Shown here: one piece after another, positions 15,060-28,801 of the stretch
Layout: each line of letters opens with the position of its first letter
How positions within the stretch are numbered: position 1 is the stretch's first letter
Assembly (NCBI GenBank): GCA_026023565.1
Contig: JAPETS010000001.1
Span: 1,488,001-1,552,000 of the forward strand
From: Cirrosporium novae-zelandiae
Taxonomy: Eukaryota
Reading direction: 5' to 3'
Length of the DNA stretch: 64,000 nt
Made by a program: the position numbers and the translations under genes
The notes under the pieces: model-generated
What the model was told of the DNA's origin: nothing
What the model saw: only the letters and a program-made list of their open reading frames with translations
Database searches by the model: none

Positions 15060-15480
15060 TTTAGAAATCCTAAAAAACAGAAATTTTAGGAAAATAAAAA
15101 TCCAGAATAATAGAAACCGTAAAATAACAAAAACTTTAACGCAGAAAAAATTTTAAAGAGAATACGGAATTAAAAAACTTTTATTATAAAATATATTTTT
15201 TAAAAAACCGAAAAAAAAATAAAAATACATTATAAAACCTTTATTTTTAAACGCTATTTTTAGAATATAAAAAAAAAATAGAATTAATAAATTTTTACCC
15301 CCAGCCACTGTTCTTAAAATACAGAAAGAAAATAAAATTATAAAATTTTTATTCCTAAATACTATTTTTAGAATATAGAAAAAAAATAGAATTAATATAA
15401 ACGCCGTTTTTAGAATATAAACGAAAAATAGAATTATTATTTTAAAACGCTATATTTAAAAATTAAAAAAAAATATCGGA
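15060..15480. repeat. Two-tier tandem repeat block X2 (homologous to X1)
   Basis: ~17-bp units (agaaatcctaaaaaac / agaaattttaggaaaat) then 4-5 units of about 38-52 bp (cgctatttttagaatataaaaaaaaatagaatt...). 15172-15350 aligns with 3780-3960. Confidence 0.65.
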
Positions 15481-16000
15481 TTATAAAAAAAAAATCCCTA
15501 AAAAAATAAAAAACAAAATTAAAATTAAAAAATATTACGTAATTTAAAAATAGACGAAACGTCTATAAAAAATTCTATTTTAACCAAAATAAACGTATAA
15601 TAAATATTAAATAAAATAATATTATAAATAAAATATTACCGTAAATATAAAAATTAATCCAATAAAAATCTAAAAATAATAAATCTTATTTTAAAACGCC
15701 GGCGCTGAAATTAAATATAATATAATTATTGGGCGGGACCTCAGTTATAATATCTCTATTAAATAATAATTATTAGTTTTTAAAATACTAGATAATAATA
15801 GATCTATTATTTATATAATATAAAAAAAAATAAAATTATATTTTTATTAAAACGGCATTTATATAATTAATAAATAATCCATTATTAAAAATACGCCGTA
15901 TTACAAAATATTTTAAAACGGAAATTATTTAAATATTTGTTATTAACCTCTATATTACCAGTATATATATTTGATCCCAAATTTTTATTATTTCTAAATT

Positions 16001-18539
16001 ATAGCTGAATTCTCTATCAACGAAATCGTTAATATTAAAATTTTATTTATTAAAAATAAATTTAATATATTTCGTAATGTATTTACGTCGAGATATTTAA
16101 TTTCCAATAATACCGATCTTATATAAATTATCGATCAACGGTTATACGATAATATTAATTCGGATAAATAATATTTATTTCATTTATAGAATAGCTAATA
16201 AAATATAAATAAAAAAAATTTGGTTTTTAATTTTATTTTGGTTTTCTAGAATTAATCAGCCGCCCGAATTTTTCGTAGAAAAACAAATTATTGATTTTTT
16301 AATAATAAAATAATTTTATTATACGTTTAATTAATTTTTAATTAAATAAATATCTAATTCGTTTCTTAAATTATTAAATATATTATTATTCAGGTCGATA
16401 ATATAATTATATAAATTACTATTTTTAATTTTATTATATAAACTATATCTATTTTACAACTAAAAACCCTTTTATTCTTTTTTTTATTTTTCGTATCCTC
16501 CGTTCAACAAATATTATAATCTTTCAATATAAGCTAATTTACGAATATATTCGAATTTAATGAATATATTAATTTTATATTTAAATCAGAAATAAAAAAT
16601 AATTTAATAATCGTTTATTTATATTTTTTTAATATATATTTCGGTAGTATGATTCAGCTGAAAAAAATATTTTAAATAATATTTGAAATATACAAAAATA
16701 TAGAATCTCCGTTATATACGGAAAATGCCGATTAATTAGATTGGCCAGAAAATTATATAAAAATAGAAATATTATATTAATTCCGGAAATAAATCGATTA
16801 ATTTATTTTATTTATAAAAAATTATAATTTCTAATCTTTAAATTGCCGACGATATTTTATTATACCAAATAAATTAATATATAAATCGATCAATAAACGA
16901 AAATTAAATATAAATATCACGTATAATTTAAAAAATAAAAATTAATAAAAAGAATGTGGAAATAATAAAAATATATCGGTTATAAATTAATCTAAAATTC
17001 TTATATTTAAAGAATTAAAATCTAATTTTCAAAAAAAATAATTATAATAGAACCTAATTAAATTTTATTCGATATATTCGAAAAATATTTAATATATAGG
17101 ATATACGTCGATTCGTTCTTGGTTTTACTTTTTACGGATCATTATTACGATTTTAGGAATTTAATCGATTTAAAAAAATCGTATCTCTATTATTCGATAT
17201 CTAGAAAAATAATATAAAATTAATATTTATTATATTAAATTATTTATAAATAAATAAAAAAAAACTGGGATTTGATCCGAATATTTTCCGAAAAAATAAT
17301 ACCAAATATTTCGAAATTTCGAATAATAATTAAATAAAACGATTATATTTAAAAATATTAATAATACGTTATTTTACGATAATCGGTCGAATAACGATCT
17401 ATTAAAAAACTTATTTTAATAACGATAAAATCTAGATTCTAATAATTAAAAATTTTTAATAATACGAGGAACGACCGGAAAAAAATCTATTATTAAAAAA
17501 AATAATTAATTTCGGAATAATTAATATAATACGGTATTATTATTATAAAATTATATATATAAAAAATATTATTAACGATATCTATAATATACGAAAGAAA
17601 TTAAAAAAAAAATAGGACGAATATATTCCGATAACGACGGACGATTAAATCCGAAATTATTATAGGATTTATTACGCCTAAAAATTCAATAATAAAAAAA
17701 TTTAAAAATAATAATAATAATAAGAACAGAAATATCACCCGAAAACGATTATTAAATTCGTTCCAAATATCTATATTACCGTTTTTAAAACGTTTATATT
17801 CAATTTTTCTAGTTAAATAAAATAGAGCGCGACCGCAACAGAATCGTATTTATCGTCGTATAATAATATATAATACTGGAAAAAATATCTATTTAATTAG
17901 TTCTCGGATAACGACGTTTAAAAAATTATTAGAAACGATTAAAAATAAATAATATTTAAAAAATATTTTATAGTTTTATTAATAGATTTAGAATATAAAT
18001 TATTATTAGATATTTATATTTTTTATCGCGATATATCGGCTGAAAATATTATATTAAATAAAACAAAAAAATAATAGATTTTTAATTAATTTTGATTTTA
18101 TTATTAAAACTAATCGTAAAAGAATATCGGATATATCGATTAAAACCGGTATTAAAATTTTTATAACGATCGATACGTTTTATAACGAATAATATAATTT
18201 TATATATAATTTAAAATCGTTTTTCTAAATTTTATTCTAGATTTGCGTTTATTGCACCGGCCCAAATAAAAAATACCGGAAAACCGAATTCAAATTTTGG
18301 AATTATACGTTAATCGAAAAATTTATAAAAAAAAAACAGATTTTATAATCTAAAAAATAGATTTTATTAAAATAATAAATAAAAATATTACAAAATATTA
18401 TTAATTTTTAATTTTATAATTTATAAAATTATATTATATTATTTTTTTTAATTATTAAAAACGGATAAACGAAAATCGAAATTTATATTTTACGATAAAA
18501 ATAATTTTTCAGCAAATTTTAAATAATCCAAAAATTTAG
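16001..18539 (+). pseudogene. RIP-destroyed FunK1 / Pkinase_fungal (Sgk2-like) protein kinase
   Basis: De-RIP motifs in order: MAEFS.NE (ATA<-ATG at 16001), KNLV.NLIL..Q..AARI, SSVQQTPWSFNT, RRFVLGFTLCGS..RLWEFDR (17106), LGFDP, VKDSWQYEERPEEG, NRVHRRV, (H)RDISAENI (18024), GFLIDLD, KTG..FM, HDLESFFWVLFWICVHC. The kinase core stays in one frame. Confidence 0.9.
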
Positions 18540-18614
18540 ATTTAATAAATTATATAAATCCGTTCGGATATAATTATATAATAATTATTATAATCTAATA
18601 TATTATATTATATA

Positions 18615-18845
18615 ATATTCTAAAACGAGAATTATTTATATTATTTATTATTAACCTCTATATTTTTTTATAATATATTTTATTTCTAAATTTATTATTA
18701 TTCCGAATTTATAATTAAATTTTTTATTAATAATTTCGAAATAATTAAAATTTTTCTAAATTTATTATTTAGATTATCTCGAATACGATTAATATTAAAA
18801 TCTTTGCCGTTTTTCTAAAAAATTAAAATTGGGATCGATAAATAA
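18615..18845 (+). pseudogene. Second, truncated copy of the FunK1 upstream region and N-terminus
   Basis: 18618-18735 aligns with 15914-16030 (aaaacg..aattattta...ttattaacctctatatt...). It includes the start-codon context: ATAATTAAATTTTTT at 18711 versus ATAGCTGAATTCTCT at 16001. Confidence 0.55.
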
Positions 18846-20663
18846 TATATTTTAAACGATACAAATATATATAATATAAAAATACCAAATTTATAAAATC
18901 TATAATTATATAAAATTAAAAACTATTTTTTTTTTATTTCTCGATTTTTTAATAAAATATTTTTTATCCTATTTATAATATATTTTCCCGAATTTTATCC
19001 GTATTTCAAAATATATTCCCCAAATTTCTTTTTTCTGTTTTTTCTCAAAATATATTCCCTAATCTTATTCTCTATACGTCTATTAAAATCGAAAAATTAT
19101 TAAATTTCTGGGCGAAATCTTATTTTAATTAATAAAATATATTTTGTTTATTAGCCCTCGCGTTGTCCGGTAGAAATAAAAATAAAATCCTTAAAAATGA
19201 AGAATTTCATAATCTATATATATAATAGAATAAATAAATAAAAAACCAAAATAAAAAAAATTAAAAATTAATTAATTATAATAATATAATTTAATTAAAT
19301 TCGTTATTTTTAATAATATATAAATCGTTTTTAATTTAATTAAAAATATTGAATAATATTTTATTTTTTTATTTATTAAATATATAATTTTAATATTCTA
19401 AAAATTTAGATTATTATAAAAAATTTTAATTAAAATACCGTATTAATAATTATAATACTAAATATTTATAATAAAAAATAAAATAAAATTTATAATAAAA
19501 TAAATATTTTTTTAATTTAAATAACGAATCCAATATTAAATAATAATAGAATTTAAAAACAAATCTAATTATTAAATAATTATTATTAAGTCCTTTAATT
19601 CTTATAATAAAATCGATTTTCGTAATATTCTTTTTTAATAACCAATATTTTTAATATAAACGAAATCTATCGGAACTAACGTCAAAATAAATTATTTATT
19701 TTAACGATCGTATTCCTTATATTCGTTCTATTCTTTATTATTCTACGATTTGCTACTCGATATATAAAATCTATTTTTTATAATTTCGATAACGGTTCAA
19801 TTGTGATCGCGACAGTAAATATTAAATTTTATTATTTCTAGATTTATAGTATATTAATCAAATATAAATCTTTTTATTTATAAATATAATTATAAATCTT
19901 ATATATATTTTAATAAAAAATATATTATATTAACTCGACGTATTAATTTATAGAAATAATATATTATAAACTAAATCGATATACCGCTAAATTAAATATT
20001 TATTAATTAATTATAATAAATAAAATATTAATTAATTAATTAGTATTAAATCTTTTTATAAAATTTATTTTTAATCTATATTCTAATAATTTACGAATAT
20101 ATTTATTATACCATTATTAATATAACTAAATTATCGTCGTTTTTAATATACCATCGTATTTTATCGATTAAAAATATAAAAATTATTTTAAATATTATCG
20201 GGTTTTATATTATTATTTAAATAATATCTATTATCTATATTAATATTTTTCGGTATATATTTATTTAAAAAATTTAGGATCCGTTTTTTTTTAATTATAT
20301 CAATTTTAAAAAATCATTTATTAAAAACGGGATCCCGAATATTATTACGGATATAATTATTCTATTATTTTTAGAATATTATTTTTAGAACGTCCAAATA
20401 AATAAAATCAAACGTATTTTATTAATTTATATTTTTATATCAAAAAGTTTATATATTAATTATTTTTAATTTATATATTTTATAAATTAACGTTTATATA
20501 TAATATTATTTTTATTAATATTTATCGTTTTATTATTTTTTTTTAATTTAATGAAACTGATATATTATATAAATTTATATTTTTTAATTATATCGAGTAT
20601 TAAAATTGATCGATAAATTTCTAAAAACTTTTTATTATTATTTATATTTAGTGCGTTATTAAA

Positions 20664-23600
20664 ATAATGATGATAATGATTATTTATTGTTTTATGTCCA
20701 TATATCATTTAGAAGCTATAACGGACTCTATTCGGGGGTTTTTAGGCTTTTTTGTATCCCTTTTCGGGCTTATTTTTAACTATGGTGGTGGGGGTTACCC
20801 CCCTGGTTCGGTTATATAGTTTCCCCTCTTTTTTGGGTTTCTTAGAATTATTTGATTTATTTAACCGGATAGTTTTTTAGCGCTATTTCGGTATTCGTAA
20901 TTTATAAATAGGCCCACTCGCACTTATTTTCGATTTTTTCAGTTTTTATTTACGTATACGTTTATTCCGCGTATCTATTACGGGCCCAGTTTTTATTTAA
21001 TATTTACGTCTGGGTCTTTTTCCCCACCGTATCCGGGTTCTACCCACCCCTAATCTAGGTACGTCTCACGATTTTCCGTTTCGTATCTGGCCCAGGACTA
21101 GGGTTTCTTTATCTCCGTATTATCTAAAAAACGTATCCAATTTTTAAAAAATTTTCGGTTTTTTAATACGAATATTAGGTTTTTTTTTTCGATTATATTA
21201 GATTATTAATTCCCCCGTTTTTTTATTATTTTTTATAAATAGGTTTTAATTGTTTTTTAACGCGGGTATATTAATATTAAATAAAATATATTTTAATATA
21301 AAACCCCGTATTATTAATATTCTAAAATAATAATAATTTTCGTATAATATATATATTCTTTAGTAACGGCGTATTCCGTTTTTATTTAATAAAGCCTATT
21401 TATCAGTTTTTTAAATATATATTTTAATATCCGATATTTTTTATATTTTAAATATATTCGATAGAATTTATCGGACGATTTTTTTATTTTTTAATTATAT
21501 AATTAATTATATATTTTTATAATCCGTTTTTCCGTTATATTACGGATTATATAAATTAACGAAATTTATTCGATTATTTTATTATTTTTTAGTATTATAT
21601 TTATTTTAATCGTTTAATTTATTATTTCGTTTTTTAATATTTTATAATATTTTAAAATTTATTTAATAACGATTTTCGTTTTTTAATTTATTAAATATTT
21701 AATATATTTATATATTTTTTATATAATTATTTAATTTTTTTTTAATTTTTTTTTTTTGATTCGTTTAATAATCGTTTATAAATTAAATAATATTATTATT
21801 TTTTTTTTAAAAATTTTATAATTATTTAAATATATTTTAATTATTATTTATAAAACCGTTTATATTTTTTAAAATTTTATATTAAATATTTTTTTATTTT
21901 AATTTAAATAATATTTCCGTATTATTTATAAAATTTTTTCGGTTATTTTTTAAATTATTTTTATTTTTATTTTACGATTTTTTAATTTAAATTTATTTAA
22001 TTAATATATATTTTTCTAATTTTATATTAACGTTTTATTAAAAATTTATTATTTTAAAAATATTATTATTTTTTTTAAAAATTTATTTTTTTCGATTATT
22101 TAGATTTTTTCGATTTTAAAATTTAAATTTATTATTTTTTAAATTATCGTTATAATTAAATATTAATTTAATATATTTTTTTTAATTTTTTAAATTTATT
22201 AAAAATTTTTTAATAATTATTTTTTTAATTAAATATTTACGTTTTTTATTTTAAATATTATCGATAATATTAAATTCGTTAAATTTTTTTTAATTTTTTA
22301 AAAATACCGAAATCTATATTTTTTTTACGCGGTATTTAATATTATATTTACGGGATATATACAAATTTTTTATATAATCGTTATTATTAAAATTATTTTA
22401 TAAATTTCTATTATTAATTTAATAAATTTATTTAATAATTTTTGAAATTTTATTTAATAACCGGTTTATTTTTTTTATTAAATTTTATATTTATATATAT
22501 AAATTAATATTATAATCGTTACGATTATTTAATATATAAATCCCGTAAATAATTTATTTCGGTAATATATATATTTAAATATATTTTTCGTACGTTAGAT
22601 TTTAATTAATCGTTAAATATAATAAATTTAAAAATTAAATTTCGGGTTTAATTATATATTTAATTATCGTATATAATTTTTTTTATATTTAATAAAATAA
22701 TTATTGATTCTAATTTTTAATTTAATATTTATTTAAATTTAATATTTATTTAATTTAAAAAAAATTATAATTTCAATTTTTTAAATATCGAATTTTAATT
22801 TATTTTTTTTTTTATTAGACCGCCGTTTTTATTATTTATTAAATAATTTTCCGGGTTTATTTATTATTTATATAAATAGTCGAGAAATTCACGTCGTCCA
22901 CGAATAATAAAATTTTGATTCTAAAAATCGCTTATTTTACGGCTGCGAATAATCCGCTGCAATATATTAAAAATAATATTAAGAATACGGATGATTTTTA
23001 CGGTATCTCCGTTTCTATATTAATTCGGGATTATATTTTTCCGTCGATTATTAATTCGACGTTTCGTTAAATTATAAAACTGGTTATTTATTTAATAATA
23101 TTTTTATCGATTCTTAATTATTTTAAATATTATATTAATTTAAATTATAATATATAATTAAACGTTTTTTTTACGTTTATAAATAAAATATAAATTATTT
23201 ATTTTTAATTAAATTTTTTTTATTCGATATATTAAATACGTAAACGTATCGATCGTATTTTAATTACGTTTCGATTTAAATTAATTATTATATAATTTAT
23301 TTAAATTTTCGTATATATTCGTTACCGCGTTAATTATAATTTTTTCGATTATTTTATTTAAATAATATAATAAATTTATTATTTTCTAATTTTTAATTAA
23401 TATTTTATTAATTTTTCTAGATTTAAATAATAATATTTTTCGGATATATTTTTATTACGTTAAATAATATTTTAATTGGAAATAATATCGGATTATTTCC
23501 GTTATTTTATAGAAATTTTATTATTATAATATATAAAACGTTTTAAATTAAATTTTATTATATTTTAGAATTTTATTTGTATTTTATATATATAATATTT

Positions 23601-25140
23601 TCCGTATTATTTTTTCGGATAATTATTAAATAAATATCTTTTTTATTAAAAATTAAAATTCGGGATTTTTTAAAAATAAAAAAAAAATTTATTTTTATAT
23701 AAAAATTTTTTTATTTTTAATTTTTATTATTATTCTCCCGTTTTTTATACGGAATACTAATATTAGATTTCGGTTTTAAAATTTATAATATTTTAATATT
23801 TTTTATTTTTATAAAATATTTTCGGGATTTAAAAATTTATTTAAATCGTTTTTTTTTATATATATTTAAAAAAAATCGATTTATTTATTTTTTTTTTTAA
23901 TTTTAATTAATTTTATAAATTTTTTAAATATTATTTTAATTTTTTTATAAATTCGGCGTTTTTATTTCGTTTTTTTAAATATTATATAATATTCGTATTT
24001 TTTAATAATATATTCAGGGTTTTATTACGTTTTCGATTAAATATATATCCGTTTAAATTTTATATATTTATTTAAAATAATTTTTAATTAAATAATAATT
24101 TTTATATCTCGTTTTTTAATTATATTTCCGTATAATTTATAATTAATATATTTTTTATAATTAATTAAGATTTTTATTTTTATTTCGTTTTAATTTATTA
24201 TTAGGGGTTTTTTAACGGTTTTAAATTCTACGAATACGGGATTAATTAGGCTATTTTTGGGCGGTAACCCTTTTGTTCGAATTAAATAAAAATATAATCT
24301 GAATCAATTTCTAATTTATTATTTATATTATCGATTACTATATTTATTAATTATTTTTAAAATAATTTTATAATAAAATTAATTATTATTAAATTAATTA
24401 TTAAATAATAAATCGATTTTTTTCCGAATTAAATATTTTAGACGGTATTATTTTATATAATTAAATTTTATTTTTTTATAAACGTTATTAAAAACGTATC
24501 GTTTACGTAAATAATTTATTCGGGTTTTTATATTAAATTATAAATATTGAAATTCTTTATTAATATTATTTTATTTTTATTAAAAATAAATCTTTATTTT
24601 ATATTTTATAAAATTTTTTTGAATTTTTATTATCGATTTTATTTTTAAAAATATATATTTTTTAATTTTTAATCGTAGACGTTAATTATTTTAATCAGAT
24701 TTTTTATTTTTTTATTTATATTTATTATATTAATATCTAGCGCCACGAAATAAAAATAATTAATTAAATCGGTTTTTACGATTATTCTAAATATATTATT
24801 TTTTCGATTTTTATATATAATAATAACCGTTTTTACGATTTTATTCCTTATTTCGGCCCCTAATTCGGGCCAATAAAATTCCCATACTGGGTATAATATT
24901 CCCCCTCCTAGTTTTTGGCCAGGTTCCTGTAATAATATTATATCCGCTCCGGTTTATATAGCCGATTTTAGGGCTACGATCGTTATATCGTATCTTCTGT
25001 AATAGTTATATTGTAGTATTTTTATTTACAGCTCGGATATATCGCTATCCACCTGCGGTACGGGTGCTACCGGTGTTTTCGGTATTATCGGTGTTTCGGG
25101 CACTATTTGCGTTTTTTCCCCCGTTTTTTCCTGGGGTTCG
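20664..25140 (-). mobile_element. Tad1-like LINE, copy C1 (5'-truncated)
   Basis: Reverse-complement tail ATGATGATAATGATTATTTATTGTTTT at 20664-20693. FVDD relic (cacgtcgtccacgaa) at ~22890. Ends at the ORF1/ORF2 junction region. Confidence 0.9.
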
Positions 25141-25142
25141 GT

Positions 25143-28100
25143 AAACGTTTTTTTTTATATTTATAAATAAAATATAAATTATTTATTTTTAATTAAATTA
25201 TTTTTTTATTTAATATATTAAATACGTACATATATCGATTATATTTTAATTACATTTCGATCTAAATTAATTATTATATAATTTATTTAAATTTTTATAT
25301 ATATTTATTAATATATTAAATATAATTTTTTCGATTATTTTATTTAAATAATATAATAAATTTATTATTTTATAATTTTTAATTAATATTTTATTAATTT
25401 TTTTAAATTTAAATAATAATATTTTCCGAATATATTTTTATTACGTTAAATAATATTTTAATCGGAAATAATATTAAATTATTTCCGTTATTTTATTAGG
25501 ATTCTATTATTATAATATATAAAATATTTTAAATTAAATTCCGTTATATTTTAGAATTTTATTTATATTTTATACGTATAATATTTTTCGTATTATTTTT
25601 TTAAATAATTATTAAACGAATATTTTTTTTATTAAAAATTAAAATTTAAAATTTCTTAAAAATAATAAAAATATTTATTTTTATATAAAAATTTTTTTAT
25701 TTTTAATTTTTATCGTTATTTTTCCGTTTTTTATACGGAACGCTAATATTAGATTTCGGTTTTAAAATTTATAATATTTTAATATTTTTTATTTTCGTTA
25801 AATATTTTTAGGATTTAAAAATTTATTTAAATCGTTTTTTTTTATATATATTTAAAAAAAATTAATTTATTTTTTTTTTTTTTTAATTTTAATTAATTTT
25901 ATAAATTTTTTAAATATTATTTTAATTATTTTATAAATTTAATATTTTTATTTCGTTTTTTTAAACGTTATATAATATTCGTATTTTTTGGCGGTATATT
26001 TAAGATTTTATTATATTTTCGATTAAATATATATTTATTTAGATTTTACGTATTTATTTAAAATAATTTTTAATTAAATAATAATTTTTTATATTTCGTT
26101 TTTTAATTACGTTTCCGTATAATCTATAATTAATATATTTTTCGTAATTAATCAGGATTTTTATTTTATTTTATTTTAATTTATTATTTATATTATCGAT
26201 TACTACGTTTATTAATTATTTCTAAAATAATTCTATAATAAAATTAATTATTATTAAATTAATTATTAAATAATAAATCGATTTTTTTTTAAATTAAATA
26301 TTTTAAATAATATTATTTTATATAATTAAATTTTATTTTTTTATAAATATTATTAAAAATATATTATTTATATAAATAATTTATTCGGGTTTTTATATTA
26401 AATTATAAATATTAAAATTTTTTATTAATATTATTTTATTTTTATTTTATATTTTATAAAAATTTTTTAAATTTTTATTATCGATTTTATTTTTAAAAAT
26501 ATATATTTTTTAATTTTTAATTATAAACGTTAATTATTTTAATTAGATTTTTTATTTTTTTATTTATATTTATTTTATTAATATTTAGCGCTATAAAATA
26601 AAAATAATTAATTAAATCGGTTTTTATAATTATTTTAAATATAATATTTTTTCGATTTTTATATATAATAATACCCGTTTTTACGATTTTATTTTTTATT
26701 TAGATCTTTAATTCGGATTAATAAAAATCCTATATTAAATATAATATTTTTTTTTTTAATTTTTAATTAGATTTTTATAATAATATTATATTCGTTCTAA
26801 TTTATATAATTAATTTTAGAATTATAATTATTATATTATATTTTTTATAATAATTATATTATAATATTTTTATTTATAATATAAATATTATTAATATTTT
26901 AGATATCATTTACGTTTTTTTTTTTAAAAAAATAAATACGTAGAACGATTATATAACGTTTTTGCGGTCTTTTTTTTTTATATATTCTGCTCTTATTTTT
27001 TAAATAATTAAATATTTTCCGTCCGTAGTTATATAAAGGTTTAGATAATTTATATATTTTAATAAAATATATATATAAATTTTTATATACGCGGGTTTAT
27101 ATTCTATTATCCGATATCAGTAATTTTATATTTCGTATATTTTTATATTTTAAAAATAATTTATATTTTAATTAAATATATTTTAGATACGTTTTATTTA
27201 TTTTTAATATAAATTTTTAAATATATCGAAATCTATATTTTATTAAATAATAATTTTCGATTTTTTATTTTTTATATATTATAAACGGGAATTTTATTTT
27301 AATCGAAATAATATATTTTTTTAATATAAATCCGGTTCGTACCCGTTTTTAACGATATTTTTCTAATATTATTTATACGATTACCGTATTTCGGAATAAT
27401 TAATAAATATTTTCTAGATTTTTTTTTATTAAATTTAATTTATTTAAATTTTTAAATATTTTTAAAAATATTTTTTATATTTTTATTTAATATAGGATTT
27501 TTAATAAATATATATTTATTATCACGTTATTTATTTTCGTTACGATTTTTAGAATTTTTTATTTATATTTAAATATTAATATACCCGTATTAATTTTTTT
27601 ATCGAATATAATTTTTAAATTGTTTTTTTTATTAATATAGATTTCCTGTATTTATAATTTAGGCGATACGTTTAAATTAATTAATTTAATATTAATCGCC
27701 GTTATTATTAATACCGTAAAACCCGAATATTTGGTTTTTTTTTTATTAAAAATCAGTATTTTCTGATTTTCAGTTTTTATATCCCTGCCTGCGCAATTAA
27801 TACGTTTTTTTTTACGGGGTTTGATTATTTATTATTTTTTATTAGGTTTGTCTGTTATTTTACTACCTACTTTAATATAAATAAACCCCGTAGATTCCGG
27901 CGTTATTTTTACAGAAATCTATTTCGGGGTTTTCGGTGCCAGCGGTAGCGCCTTTTATCTGGCTATTTTTGCCGTTTATTAGGGGTCTTTCTGGGCTTCT
28001 TTATCCGTTTATATTATTATCCACGTGCTAAATATCTATAAATCGGCTATTATATTTATTCGGAATATTATTAAAAAAAATATTATTTTTTTTTTTTATT

Positions 28101-28791
28101 ATTTATTCGGGTTTAATTATCGGGATTATATAATTTTTATTTATAAAATTTTTCGTGCCGTTATATATAATTTCTGCGATTTTTATTTAAATTTATAATA
28201 TTTAAATTACTATTATAATTATTTTTTTAATTATTAAAAATTTTTATATAATTATATATAATTTTTTTTAATTTTTTTTTTAAATTTTTATAATTTTATT
28301 ATTTCGTTTTTTTAAAACGATTATTCGGGTTTTTAAATCGAAAAATATTTTCCGTAATTATATTATAAAATCGTCGGTTTTTAAAATTTAATATATTTTT
28401 TTTCCGATTACGGGAAATATACGTATTATTATATATTTAATTATTCATTTAATTAAAATATTCCGATTATTAATCTATTTTTTTTTTATAAAATTTTTCG
28501 ATAATATTTTTTTATTTAATCGTTTTTTTTTTAAAATAAAAATTATAATACTAAATCGTTAAATTTTATTATAAAATTTTATTCCGGTTCGTTCGATTCG
28601 TTTTTTAAATATTATCGTTTTTTTATATCCGTTTAATTTTCGTTAACGATATATATTTTTTTAATTCTCGATATTTCTTTATTATTGTTAGATTTTATAG
28701 ATTTTAAATAAATATTAATTGTTTCGTATAACGGTCGTCACAATAATAAATTGATTTGGTGGCGCGGGGTCACTAAAAAGCGTTTTTTTTT
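25143..28791 (-). mobile_element. Tad1-like LINE, copy C2 (5' end to mid-RT; 3' part missing)
   Basis: Family 5' end (rc of AAAAAAAAACGCTTTTAGTGACCCCGCGCCACCAAATCAA) at 28751-28791. Colinear with copy B 4700-8640, with deletions. Confidence 0.88.
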
Positions 28792-28801
28792 GATAATCTC
28801 G

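Noticed and set aside
2717..20663. Assignment as a Starship, Helitron or DDE transposon
   Set aside because: No DUF3435 recombinase, Rep/helicase, transposase motif or terminal repeats could be read. Left unassigned.
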